Below, piece by piece: positions 1 to 8,202 of a DNA stretch of 64,000 bases. The translations under genes and the position numbers were made by a program. The notes under the pieces were generated by a model. The model did not search any database. It had not been told where the DNA came from and saw only the letters and a list, made by a program, of their open reading frames with translations. Source of the stretch: an uncultured virus (IMG/VR IMGVR_UViG_3300045912_000307) (Duplodnaviria; Heunggongvirae; Uroviricota; Caudoviricetes); IMG/VR virus record IMGVR_UViG_3300045912_000307, one strand, 5' to 3'. Each line of letters begins with the position of its first letter. The stretch's first letter is position 1.

Positions 1-92
1 TTTTGTCATTTATATATCACTCACTAATTATTAACTGTCGAAAGACCGTTACCCTTAACGAGATAAGGCGATGCTCTGGAAGGAGATTAATT

Positions 93-419
93 ATGGTAAC
101 TGTAAAAAGAATTAAAGAAACTTTCAAAGAAGGTTTAAATAGCCTTCTTAACAAGTGGGTTCTTTTACCTACAGGAAAAGTAGTCTTCATTAATTCTATC
201 CCAGAAGTAGTATGGGATAAGAATGAAGGTTGGGTTTTCTTGTTGGAAGGAAAACACGACCTTGCTTCTGCAATTGCAGTTGCAGATGATCGAGACGAAC
301 TAATACCTTTTGAAGAGTTTGGTGCAGAAGATTTAGACTGGTTGTATTTCAATATTATTCCTGATCGTATTGATGAGGAGAAATATGAAATATGCAGACG
401 CATACTGGGTATTAGTTAA
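93..419 (+). CDS. hypothetical protein
   Basis: ORF; ATG at 93 preferred over TTG at 3; followed by terminator-like hairpin. Confidence 0.7.
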   Translation: MVTVKRIKETFKEGLNSLLNKWVLLPTGKVVFINSIPEVVWDKNEGWVFLLEGKHDLASAIAVADDRDELIPFEEFGAEDLDWLYFNIIPDRIDEEKYEICRRILGIS

Positions 420-430
420 CATTATTCACT

Positions 431-459
431 AGCATACTAGGTAAAGTATGCTTATTTTT
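431..459 (+). terminator. intrinsic terminator-like hairpin
   Basis: AGCATACT/AGTATGCT 8-bp stem followed by a T tract. Confidence 0.6.
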
Positions 460-475
460 AAGCAAAAACAAAATT

Positions 476-964
476 ATGATTAAGAATTTCCGCCTTTTTA
501 TTGAGGCAAGTTACTGGGGTATGAAACCAGTTTTTCCTGGTGACACATTCACCGGTTGGTGGGCAAACGGAGCCGTTACTTGCGGTTCTTTTTCAGTTAC
601 TGTCATTTCAGGCAGTGCTGAATTAGAAAACCAGCAAATTGAAGAATGGTCTGCTGGTAGTGCAAGTGGAGGAGACATTACTGTTACTGTTACTAACATT
701 GAGAATGCAATAATATGCTGTACTCAAAAAGGTAACGGTACCGTTAACCGTCTTTTCTTCATTGCTGGTGATGGCGGTAAAGAATGGAAAGAGTTTCTAG
801 CTTTTCCAGAAGACTACAGAGCTAACGCCGAAAGGTTGGTAGTAAATGTAGTCAACATCACCGATGAAACATTAATTCAACTTCTCAAACAACCTATTAA
901 ATGGCATGAGGTGTTGAACCCTGCTGTTGCTTACACTTTAGAAGAAATAACAGAAATAATCTAA
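476..964 (+). CDS. hypothetical protein
   Basis: 162-aa ORF with A-rich leader. Confidence 0.75.
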   Translation: MIKNFRLFIEASYWGMKPVFPGDTFTGWWANGAVTCGSFSVTVISGSAELENQQIEEWSAGSASGGDITVTVTNIENAIICCTQKGNGTVNRLFFIAGDGGKEWKEFLAFPEDYRANAERLVVNVVNITDETLIQLLKQPIKWHEVLNPAVAYTLEEITEII

Positions 965-980
965 AGCGTAAGCTTTCCCA

Positions 981-1011
981 ATGGTATACTAGTTATAAGT
1001 ATATCATTTTT
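981..1011 (+). terminator. terminator-like hairpin
   Basis: ATGGTATACT/AGTATATCAT stem followed by a T tract. Confidence 0.5.
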
Positions 1012-1039
1012 ATAATGAATTTAGAGTAACTAATTTTAC

Positions 1040-1160
1040 ATATGCCTCTATAACGTTCATATTTCGATTTTAAGACACTCTAATTCATGAGTGGTATATT
1101 GAGTCGATTTAATAATTACAGTGGCTTAAAACCCTGTTTTTTAACGAAATAGAGGCATAT
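1040..1160. repeat. structured intergenic element, copy 1 (related to 13766-13867)
   Basis: Terminal inverted repeat ATATGCCTCTAT/ATAGAGGCATAT; inner TTTTAAGACACTCTAATT...AATTACAGTGGCTTAAAA core shared with copy 2. Confidence 0.7.
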
Positions 1161-1190
1161 TATTCTTTTAACCAAACTCAACACTTCACT

Positions 1191-1850
1191 ATGAAAACTT
1201 TCACTACGTTTTTCTTTTTCTTTTTCTCTTTTATCACTATTAATTTCTCTTTCTCACAATCAAACTTTGATGTAGTTAAATTCACAGACTTAAGTCGTGA
1301 AGCTTTGACTAACTACATTAAAAACAACAGTGAGAAAGAAGCACAACGCATTGCTACTTTAGGTAATAATAAAGTACAACGCGTTAATAATGAACTTAAA
1401 ATCAAGCTCAATAACAAAGTCCTTACGCTCAAAAATGAATTAGGTGAGGACATTGCTGAAGGATTGAGCAACAGTACTTTTCATGAGTTCTTGTCTTTCT
1501 TCAAAGAAGATAATGTCATTATGATTTTGACAATCACTACAGGAGAAAATGTTAAAAGTGGATTGTCAATTGAGTATAGTATTTATGATGGTAGTACAGG
1601 TAACAAACTTATTTCTCAACAAGGTTTTGCACCTGTTATATCACCTGATGGTAGAACTTTTATTTCTACTCAATCAGATGATAAAGAAGTAGTAGTTACT
1701 GTACTACATAAAGAATTAGAACGTTGGAAATACCAACGTATTAATCTTCCTGTTAATGGTTCTAGTAAAGTAACTTGGGAAAGCAATACGTCTTTCAAAG
1801 TAGTTAACTTTACTGTTAAAAAAGTTAACCAAAGATGGGAAGTACTTTAA
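1191..1850 (+). CDS. secreted protein (Sec signal peptide)
   Basis: MKT + Phe-rich hydrophobic stretch, SFS|Q cleavage typical of Bacteroidota. Confidence 0.75.
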   Translation: MKTFTTFFFFFFSFITINFSFSQSNFDVVKFTDLSREALTNYIKNNSEKEAQRIATLGNNKVQRVNNELKIKLNNKVLTLKNELGEDIAEGLSNSTFHEFLSFFKEDNVIMILTITTGENVKSGLSIEYSIYDGSTGNKLISQQGFAPVISPDGRTFISTQSDDKEVVVTVLHKELERWKYQRINLPVNGSSKVTWESNTSFKVVNFTVKKVNQRWEVL

Positions 1851-1851
1851 T

Positions 1852-1900
1852 GACTTTAGAGATAGTACTATTATCTAGTATTATCTCTAAAGTTTTATTT
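1852..1900 (+). terminator. long hairpin / terminator
   Basis: 19-bp stem GACTTTAGAGATAGTACTA/TAGTATTATCTCTAAAGTT followed by a T tract. Confidence 0.65.
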
Positions 1901-1938
1901 TATTATTAAGTTTATTATTAAGTATTTAAACTTAAACT

Positions 1939-2406
1939 ATGATTTATAAACTAGAATCTTATACTAAAACTTTGTACTTTAACGATAGTGTTAGTCTTAA
2001 TGAGTACTTAGATAGCAATGGTTATGTTAGAGCTGATGAGTACGATTGTATTTATAAAGCTCCTAATAAACCAATGGTAAAACTAAGAGTAAAAGAAAAT
2101 AGTCATAGTAAAATACCTTTCCGTAAAGTAACCGATCAAGAAGTAGAGTTACTTATTAAAAACATGTACGGTAAAGATTATAAGATTCATAAAGACAAAG
2201 GTTATGTAGAACTATTTTTATTCAATGAAAGATGTTCACTACCTTTAGTTTACTTAGTAGCTAAAGCACAAAGATCACTTGAATCTAATATCCTTAAAGA
2301 ATATATAGAAAGTGGTAAATGTGATTTAGAAGATCTTGAAATAAAAGGAACATTTGTAAGACTAAAAAATACTAATGTTACCTGTATACTCAATAAAGCT
2401 ATTTGA
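1939..2406 (+). CDS. hypothetical protein
   Basis: 155-aa ORF, AAACT-ATG. Confidence 0.75.
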   Translation: MIYKLESYTKTLYFNDSVSLNEYLDSNGYVRADEYDCIYKAPNKPMVKLRVKENSHSKIPFRKVTDQEVELLIKNMYGKDYKIHKDKGYVELFLFNERCSLPLVYLVAKAQRSLESNILKEYIESGKCDLEDLEIKGTFVRLKNTNVTCILNKAI

Positions 2407-2451
2407 ATTATTCGTTAGTTATTATTATTCTTAACACTTAAACTTTTTACT

Positions 2452-2829
2452 ATGAAAGACAAAGTAATGTTCAATCTCTCAAACCATCCCAGCACCAAAT
2501 GGAATGGTGCACAAGCAGAAGCTGCTGCTGAATTTGAAGTAGTAGATTTTGCATTTCCTAATGTAGATGCTAGTGCTACTACAGAGGAAGTAAGAAAACT
2601 AGCTACTGATTTCTTTACTAACCTTAAAAATCAGTGGCGTGAAAAGTACATGGGTAAAAAACTCTACATCCATGTAATGGGTGAAATGGGTTTCGTTTAC
2701 AACTTTGTAGATGCTGCTAAACGTGAGGATTTTATTTGCGTTCACAGCACTACAGAACGTGTAGTTAAAGAGAATGAGGATGGCACTAAAACTAGTACTT
2801 TTGAATTTAAACAGTTCCGCAAGTACTAG
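2452..2829 (+). CDS. Csx20-like (CARF-derived) putative cOA ring nuclease
   Basis: NLSNHPS.KW...Q, FPNVD, HVMGE, STTER, F.F.QFRKY motifs resemble small type III CRISPR-associated ring-nuclease families (recognised by eye). Confidence 0.6.
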   Translation: MKDKVMFNLSNHPSTKWNGAQAEAAAEFEVVDFAFPNVDASATTEEVRKLATDFFTNLKNQWREKYMGKKLYIHVMGEMGFVYNFVDAAKREDFICVHSTTERVVKENEDGTKTSTFEFKQFRKY

Positions 2830-2866
2830 TACAACACAATTGTTTCACATTCTTAATCTAAACACT

Positions 2867-3001
2867 ATGGAAAAAGAATTTTTAACAGAGGAAGAGTTAA
2901 ACAACCTTCCTCAAGAAGAACCCATGGAAAGTCCACTAGCTGTGGATGATTACATGGATGATCTTCTATGGGCACATATTTCAGACTTAAACATTATGTA
3001 G
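2867..3001 (+). CDS. small acidic hypothetical protein
   Basis: 44 aa from ACACT-ATG at 2867. Confidence 0.6.
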   Translation: MEKEFLTEEELNNLPQEEPMESPLAVDDYMDDLLWAHISDLNIM

Positions 3002-3290
3002 CCCATTGCTAAACCCTGAAAGATGATAGCAGTAATGCTATACGTACCTTCTCCTTGAGCAAGAGATGAAATATAAAAGGTGCGAGGGAGTGCTCAGCTT
3101 GGCCCGACTTAGTTATTAATTATCAATTTAACGAGTAATAATTAATAACTAAAGGGCGCTAATTAACAACCAGTACCGAAAGGTGGTAGAAGCTGGTATT
3201 CAATTACTAGGACCTCAGGTAATTGAGCAGATGTTAGACTGCGTTATTGAGTAATCAATAATATCTAACCGTATCAGACGATTCTGATGT
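3001..3290 (+). ncRNA. unassigned highly structured RNA candidate
   Basis: GC-richer intergenic stretch with many stems, three GNRA tetraloops and a loop/downstream TGAGCA-TGCTCA pseudoknot. Confidence 0.65.
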
Positions 3291-3346
3291 TTGTATTTAT
3301 TTGTTTGTTTTTCTTTTTTTAACTTTCACTTTAACATCTTTTAACC

Positions 3347-4291
3347 ATGAAAACAATTCTTGTAATCTTCTTAGTAGCTATCGCTAATGTATTGATGGCT
3401 ACTGACTCTATTGTAGTTCGTTTTAAGTACAACTCTGATGTTGTCCCTACTATTAATATACCTAACGGTAAAGTAACTCGTATTGAGGGACATACTTGTA
3501 AGATCGGCGATGCTAACTATAACTTAGATTTAGCTAAACGCCGTGCAGTTAACACTCTTAACACCCTTATTTCTATGGGTGCTGAAATGAATGACTCAGT
3601 AGTAGTAGTTAGTTACGGAGAAGAAAGAGCTACTACTTACACTAGTGTTGATCGCAAAGTAGTTATCTACTATATAAGTAACAAACTAGAAAACGTTACT
3701 GGTAGTGTAGAAACTGCTGGTAATACTGATAATGTAGAAACTACTAACACTCAAAGTACTAATAATGAAATTCTAGCAGAAATGGATAGCATCAACTCTA
3801 AACCTCTTGATTTACCTGTTGTGGTTGCAAACGTAACAGTAAACTTTGAGGATAGAGTTCTTGATAATCCTCCTGCTGAAGAACAAGTTACATTCTGTGA
3901 CTGTGGTGATATTACTACTTATGACAAAAATACTGCTCGTTACTTTAATGCACTTGGAGCTAGAGCTAACAGCGTAGAAGAAGATATTTGCGCGCCTTAC
4001 TGCTATGCTAAAGCTCGTATGCTACAAGTAGGTTATGCTGATGAGAAAGTTAACAAAGCTCTTGATGTTATGCGCAGAAACATTCAAAGAGCTGAGTTGA
4101 AAGCTTCTCGTAAAGCTAAACACCAAGCTAAAGTTAAAACTAAAGTTAAAGCTCAGCGCAAAGCTAAAACTAAAGTTAAGACTAAAGCTGGTGGACAAAA
4201 GCGTAAAATAAATGTTAATAAATCAATTAGCAACTCTATTAGAGGAGCTAAGAGATGGATTAACATGACACTCGGTACTTGTATTAAATAA
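3347..4291 (+). CDS. secreted OmpA-C-like peptidoglycan-binding domain protein with Lys-rich tail
   Basis: Signal peptide; F.YNS, IEGHTC.IG...YN.DLA.RRA, SYGE, DRKV motifs; KAKTKVKT repeats. Confidence 0.75.
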   Translation: MKTILVIFLVAIANVLMATDSIVVRFKYNSDVVPTINIPNGKVTRIEGHTCKIGDANYNLDLAKRRAVNTLNTLISMGAEMNDSVVVVSYGEERATTYTSVDRKVVIYYISNKLENVTGSVETAGNTDNVETTNTQSTNNEILAEMDSINSKPLDLPVVVANVTVNFEDRVLDNPPAEEQVTFCDCGDITTYDKNTARYFNALGARANSVEEDICAPYCYAKARMLQVGYADEKVNKALDVMRRNIQRAELKASRKAKHQAKVKTKVKAQRKAKTKVKTKAGGQKRKINVNKSISNSIRGAKRWINMTLGTCIK

Positions 4292-4297
4292 TTACTA

Positions 4298-4370
4298 AGC
4301 AAGAGTAAGAGAAGACGTTCTTTTACTCTTGCTATTTAAGTAATAAAGAGAGACGTCTTTTTGTTACTTA
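4298..4370 (+). promoter_or_regulatory. tandem hairpins with identical GACG tetraloops
   Basis: 16-bp stem at 4298-4333 and 15-bp stem at 4337-4370, both capped by A-GACG-T. Confidence 0.6.
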
Positions 4371-4520
4371 TTTAAAGTACAGTAAGATTAAATAGTAAGA
4401 TAAATAATAATTTACTATGTTGTGAAACATAGCCTTATATTTATATTATTCATCATTTATTATACTATAAATTAAATAAGAGATGCAGGGATGTATCTCT
4501 TATATTTTATAAACGTAATT

Positions 4521-4694
4521 ATGAAAGAATATAAGAGTACTAAAGAAAGCGAAGAAATAATTACTTACTTAAAATATTTAAATAGATTATCAAAAACTAT
4601 TAGAAACTTAAAACTAAGTAAAGTACTAAATAATACTTTATTTGACATTAATAAAGAACTTAAAAGAATATTCAAAGAGAACTTTAAAATTTAA
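4521..4694 (+). CDS. small hypothetical protein
   Basis: ORF, ATG at 4521 preferred. Confidence 0.5.
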   Translation: MKEYKSTKESEEIITYLKYLNRLSKTIRNLKLSKVLNNTLFDINKELKRIFKENFKI

Positions 4695-4697
4695 ACT

Positions 4698-5150
4698 ATG
4701 TCATTGATACCATTTGTAATTGCTTTTATACTTGTATTAGACAATTGGAAAAAATGGGAAAGAAAACCAGCTAAGAATTATCAAGTTATTAAGCACTTTG
4801 AATACGTAGTTACTACTAGTATAGGAGTATTAATAGCTAGTTTAATTGACAGTAAGATCATACATAGTGATATAGCTTATTTAGGTGTATTTAGCTTTGT
4901 ATTATTAACTTTCAGGTTACTTACTTTGTTTAGTATAATGAAACATAAAGGATGGGTAGTATGTTATAAGTCTAATACTTATGGTTATTTAAGTCAAAGC
5001 TATATGCTTTATAATGAAGTAGAAAGTTTGATTGATGATCTTAAAAACTTAGATATAGATTATAAAGTTTATGAAGTAAGTGATCATGTAAAAGCTTGTG
5101 ATAAAGACGAGTATTATTTAAGTAAGTATATACATTATGATAGAGAATAA
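4698..5150 (+). CDS. membrane protein
   Basis: 2-3 hydrophobic segments. Confidence 0.7.
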   Translation: MSLIPFVIAFILVLDNWKKWERKPAKNYQVIKHFEYVVTTSIGVLIASLIDSKIIHSDIAYLGVFSFVLLTFRLLTLFSIMKHKGWVVCYKSNTYGYLSQSYMLYNEVESLIDDLKNLDIDYKVYEVSDHVKACDKDEYYLSKYIHYDRE

Positions 5151-5553
5151 AGCAGTCTATAACGTTACAGTAAAATCAACTGTAAAAAATAGACTAACTG
5201 ATAGTGAGCTTACTAAACTATTTAACTTAGAGTATAAGTTAATTAGTAAAGAAAGCTCAGCAAATTACAACACTCTAGATCTACTTCAAATAGATATAGT
5301 AAATGACATTACTACTAAATTCTTCAAGAATCTTAAGTATGAATTAGAAGATGATCTGATTACTATATATACTAACTTTACTTTAGAAGTACCAGAAGAA
5401 TTTTCTAAAGAAGATGTTGCTGATTGGGTAGGTGGATTTAGGAAGTTGAAAATAGCTTATATACTCAATACTTTTAAGAGTTTAGATATAAGTGAAAATG
5501 TACTAAAGTTTATTGAAGAGTTAGAGTATGATCAAAGTATAGATATTCATTAG
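5137..5553 (+). CDS. hypothetical protein
   Basis: 138-aa ORF overlapping the upstream gene. Confidence 0.7.
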   Translation: MIENKAVYNVTVKSTVKNRLTDSELTKLFNLEYKLISKESSANYNTLDLLQIDIVNDITTKFFKNLKYELEDDLITIYTNFTLEVPEEFSKEDVADWVGGFRKLKIAYILNTFKSLDISENVLKFIEELEYDQSIDIH

Positions 5554-5566
5554 TGATTTTAAATTA

Positions 5567-5640
5567 GGTCTTGTAGCTCAATAGGTTAGAGCAGCGCACT
5601 CATAATGCGATGGTTTAGGGTTCAAGTCCCTACGAGACCA
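5567..5640 (+). tRNA. tRNA-CAT (probably Ile2, otherwise Met)
   Basis: Cloverleaf: acceptor GGTCTTG/CGAGACC, anticodon loop CTCATAA, T loop TTCAAGT; G1-C72 pair argues against initiator. Confidence 0.9.
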
Positions 5641-5643
5641 CTA

Positions 5644-5717
5644 GGCTCCATAGCTCAATTGGACAGAGCAACTGCCTTCTAAGCAGTCGGTTACAGGTTC
5701 GAGTCCTGTTGGAGTCA
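5644..5717 (+). tRNA. tRNA-Arg(TCT)
   Basis: Cloverleaf: GGCTCCA/TGGAGTC, ACTGC-CTTCTAA-GCAGT, TTCGAGT. Confidence 0.95.
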
Positions 5718-5745
5718 CTATTTTTTAACCATTAAAAGAAAAACT

Positions 5746-6702
5746 ATGAAACGAATTGCAGGTCTTGTAGCCAACTACAAAAACAAACCCTACAGTTTTG
5801 ATCCTCACAAATCTATCGATGTTGGTTACTCTTTTTCAATACTTAAAGGATCAGCATTAGATAGTATTAAAGAAGGGTATTATTTAATTGAAGGTGAAAT
5901 TGTAGATACTAAGAAAGTTAAAGTAACTAAAATTGCACCTTACAAAATCATTTGTGTTACTAAAGAGAATGATCATTTTCTCATTAGTGGTAACTACATA
6001 AACGATAGTATGAAAATCATAAGTGTTAATGAAAAGTTTAATACTATAGAAGAAGTAAGTTTATTCGTAAAGAATAACTTATCTTCTTTTAATGTAGCTT
6101 ACTACTCAGCACTTATTAGCCCTTATTTAGAAGAGTTCTTAGATAATCCTTTGATTGATTTTCCTAAGGAAACTGTAATTAGCTTCAGTTCTAGCAGAGT
6201 AAAGAATTACAGTATTACTATTGAAGATACCTTTTGGAATGGTATTTATGTCAAAGAGTACTGCAAAAGAGTTTTTTACTCTACTAATGAATCAGGGTTT
6301 ACACAACACCCTGAATTTGATGTTGTAGAGACATTGAAAGGAGTTGAAGTTAATTTTAGAAACCTTAAGAAAGTATTTTCTATTGAGGAATTAGAACCTA
6401 CATGGTTTTCTGAACTTAATAAAAGAGAATCAGTCTTTAAAGATAAAGACATATCAGACTGGACACTTAATCCTAAGTGGAAACTTGTTATCAACTATTA
6501 TAATGGTGATGACAAGTGGAATCCTAAAAAAGAAGGAAGTTTCTATGCTACACGTAAAGAAACTAAAATTCTTTTTGAAGACACTGTTTATAAAGAAAGT
6601 GTTTTAGAGTTTCCTGATAAACCACTATACTTATGGGTTAGTAATGGTCCAGGTGAATGGGATCCTCGTGATGATGATCCTTATTATGATTTAAATAACT
6701 AA
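5746..6702 (+). CDS. hypothetical protein
   Basis: 318-aa ORF, AAACT-ATG. Confidence 0.8.
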   Translation: MKRIAGLVANYKNKPYSFDPHKSIDVGYSFSILKGSALDSIKEGYYLIEGEIVDTKKVKVTKIAPYKIICVTKENDHFLISGNYINDSMKIISVNEKFNTIEEVSLFVKNNLSSFNVAYYSALISPYLEEFLDNPLIDFPKETVISFSSSRVKNYSITIEDTFWNGIYVKEYCKRVFYSTNESGFTQHPEFDVVETLKGVEVNFRNLKKVFSIEELEPTWFSELNKRESVFKDKDISDWTLNPKWKLVINYYNGDDKWNPKKEGSFYATRKETKILFEDTVYKESVLEFPDKPLYLWVSNGPGEWDPRDDDPYYDLNN

Positions 6703-6745
6703 TTAAACAGTGCCTGAGTGATGAAATGGTAGACATGCTAGACTT

Positions 6746-7439
6746 ATATTTTTGAGCCAATAAATAGGAAACTTTTATTGGGATTCTATCAAATTCGGTG
6801 AACTCTTAACAGGTAATGCTGAGGACAACGCCGAGCCAAGTTTTAATTTACGACCTCTCCATGTAGGAGTTAAAGCGTGACAATTAGGACACAATAATGT
6901 TAAATTTTGAATTTGATTGTTTGAATGATTACCATCAATATGCTCTAATTCTAGAGGTATTGGTTCACCCATCCACTCAGTTAAATTACAATTATAACAT
7001 TTATGTGCAAAATAGCCTTCTTTTAACAATCTACAACGTAACTTGTTTGATTGGTAATTAGAGTTAGCTACAAGAATTTCAGAAAGCGGAATACTTGTAT
7101 GAGGTTTAAACTTTAAACCTTTGTTCCAACCGCGATGAGTAAAATGAGAAACATCAATCTCGTATTGATTAATTTTCTTTTTAATTGTTGCATAATTACC
7201 TCCAGCTTTTTTAATTCCTAATTGAGTCATTATATTACGATAAGAATATGCTTTCTTACAAGCGTGTTCAAGTTGTTCTCTAGTGTACTTCATGTTTTAA
7301 AATTTAGTTGTAAGTTATAAAAGGTGTAGAGACTATACGGTAGATATCTAACCTGTAAAAAGTATGGTAAAGACATAGTCCAGACCACAAAGATACAAAA
7401 TAATTATTTTGTATTGCAGTGAAAACTGTAGTTGGTAAG
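6746..7439 (+). mobile_element. group I intron in the tRNA-Leu anticodon
   Basis: P1 U.G at the 5' splice site; P AAATTCGGTGAA (6791), Q AACGCCGAGC (6827), R GTGTAGAGACTA (7324), S AAGACATAGTCC (7370); P3 TCTATC/GGTAGA; terminal G7439. Confidence 0.9.
6775..7293 (-). CDS. HNH homing endonuclease (intron-encoded, antisense)
   Basis: CYNC...LELEHIDGNHSNN...NL.LLCPNCH motif; the only credible minus-strand gene in the window. Confidence 0.9.
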   Translation of the reverse strand: MKYTREQLEHACKKAYSYRNIMTQLGIKKAGGNYATIKKKINQYEIDVSHFTHRGWNKGLKFKPHTSIPLSEILVANSNYQSNKLRCRLLKEGYFAHKCYNCNLTEWMGEPIPLELEHIDGNHSNNQIQNLTLLCPNCHALTPTWRGRKLKLGSALSSALPVKSSPNLIESQ

Positions 7440-7521
7440 AAAATCTAGTGGTCAGATGACCTTACGGGTTCGAGTCCCGTTCTGGGTACTATTAACTAAA
7501 CTCATTAAATCAATTATTATT

Positions 7522-7614
7522 ATGCAAGCATTGCTTATCACTCTTTTCTTACTAATGTTCGCTTTAGTTATAACAATGGGTACAACTTTAATGAAGAAAA
7601 GTAATCAAGTTTAA
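7522..7614 (+). CDS. small single-TM peptide
   Basis: 30 aa MQALLITLFLLMFALVITM...; upstream part of the track ORF overlaps the tRNA. Confidence 0.55.
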   Translation: MQALLITLFLLMFALVITMGTTLMKKSNQV

Positions 7615-7616
7615 GT

Positions 7617-7850
7617 ATGAAACCTTCATTAGAACAATTGATAGCTGATGCTATTGACTTGTTAAAAGCTTATCCTGATTTAAGAATAGGACAAGTGTTA
7701 TCAAACTTGTTACAAGATTATATTGAAGATATTGATCCTTTTTATGATGATCGTAAAGTCAAATCTTTCTTACTTTATCATTACAAAGACAAGAAAAAAG
7801 AAATTACATTTGCTATTAAACTTTTAAGACTTATAAAAGAATTATACTAA
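7617..7850 (+). CDS. hypothetical phage protein
   Basis: YPDLRIGQ..SN motif of a small phage protein type. Confidence 0.7.
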   Translation: MKPSLEQLIADAIDLLKAYPDLRIGQVLSNLLQDYIEDIDPFYDDRKVKSFLLYHYKDKKKEITFAIKLLRLIKELY

Positions 7851-7884
7851 ATAATTTATTTATTAACAATCAAAACTTTTCACC

Positions 7885-8202
7885 ATGAGAAAACCAAAAT
7901 ACGGATCACTAGTACTAACTAACAAAGGAAACGCAGGCATCGTTGTTGATGATACTAAATTTCCTAAACTTCAAGTTAAACTAGGAACTAGAATCTTTGA
8001 AATTACTGAACGTAGTGTTCAATGTCTTAGTCATACATCTAATAAAGTATTCAGAGTAGAATTTACTTTTGATAGTAAAGACTATACTGAATTTGTAGAT
8101 GTAGAAACTAATGTTGAACTTAACGAGATTTCTGATTTGATTTACAACAAACTTGAATTAACTTATCCTAATTTAACCATCAACTCAATCAAAACCGTAT
8201 GA
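7885..8202 (+). CDS. hypothetical protein
   Basis: 105-aa ORF. Confidence 0.7.
   Translation: MRKPKYGSLVLTNKGNAGIVVDDTKFPKLQVKLGTRIFEITERSVQCLSHTSNKVFRVEFTFDSKDYTEFVDVETNVELNEISDLIYNKLELTYPNLTINSIKTV

Larger units (their letters stand above)
6712..7488 (+). tRNA. trnL: tRNA-Leu(TAA) split by a group I intron (exons 6712-6745 and 7440-7488)
   Basis: Joined exons give anticodon arm CTAGA-CTTAAAA-TCTAG, a long variable arm and T arm ACGGG-TTCGAGT-CCCGT. Confidence 0.85.

Noticed and set aside
1900..1923. TTTATTATTAAG direct repeat
   Set aside because: Short low-complexity duplication in AT-rich DNA with no supporting context.
3001..3290. tmRNA, hammerhead ribozyme or group I intron identity for the 3-kb RNA
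   Set aside because: No tRNA-like ends or T arm, no CUGAUGA/GAAA core in the right arrangement, and no P7 or P/Q/R/S elements.
7432..7521. 5' part of the track ORF 7432-7614
   Set aside because: It overlaps the intron 3' end and tRNA exon 2; the real start is probably ATG 7522.
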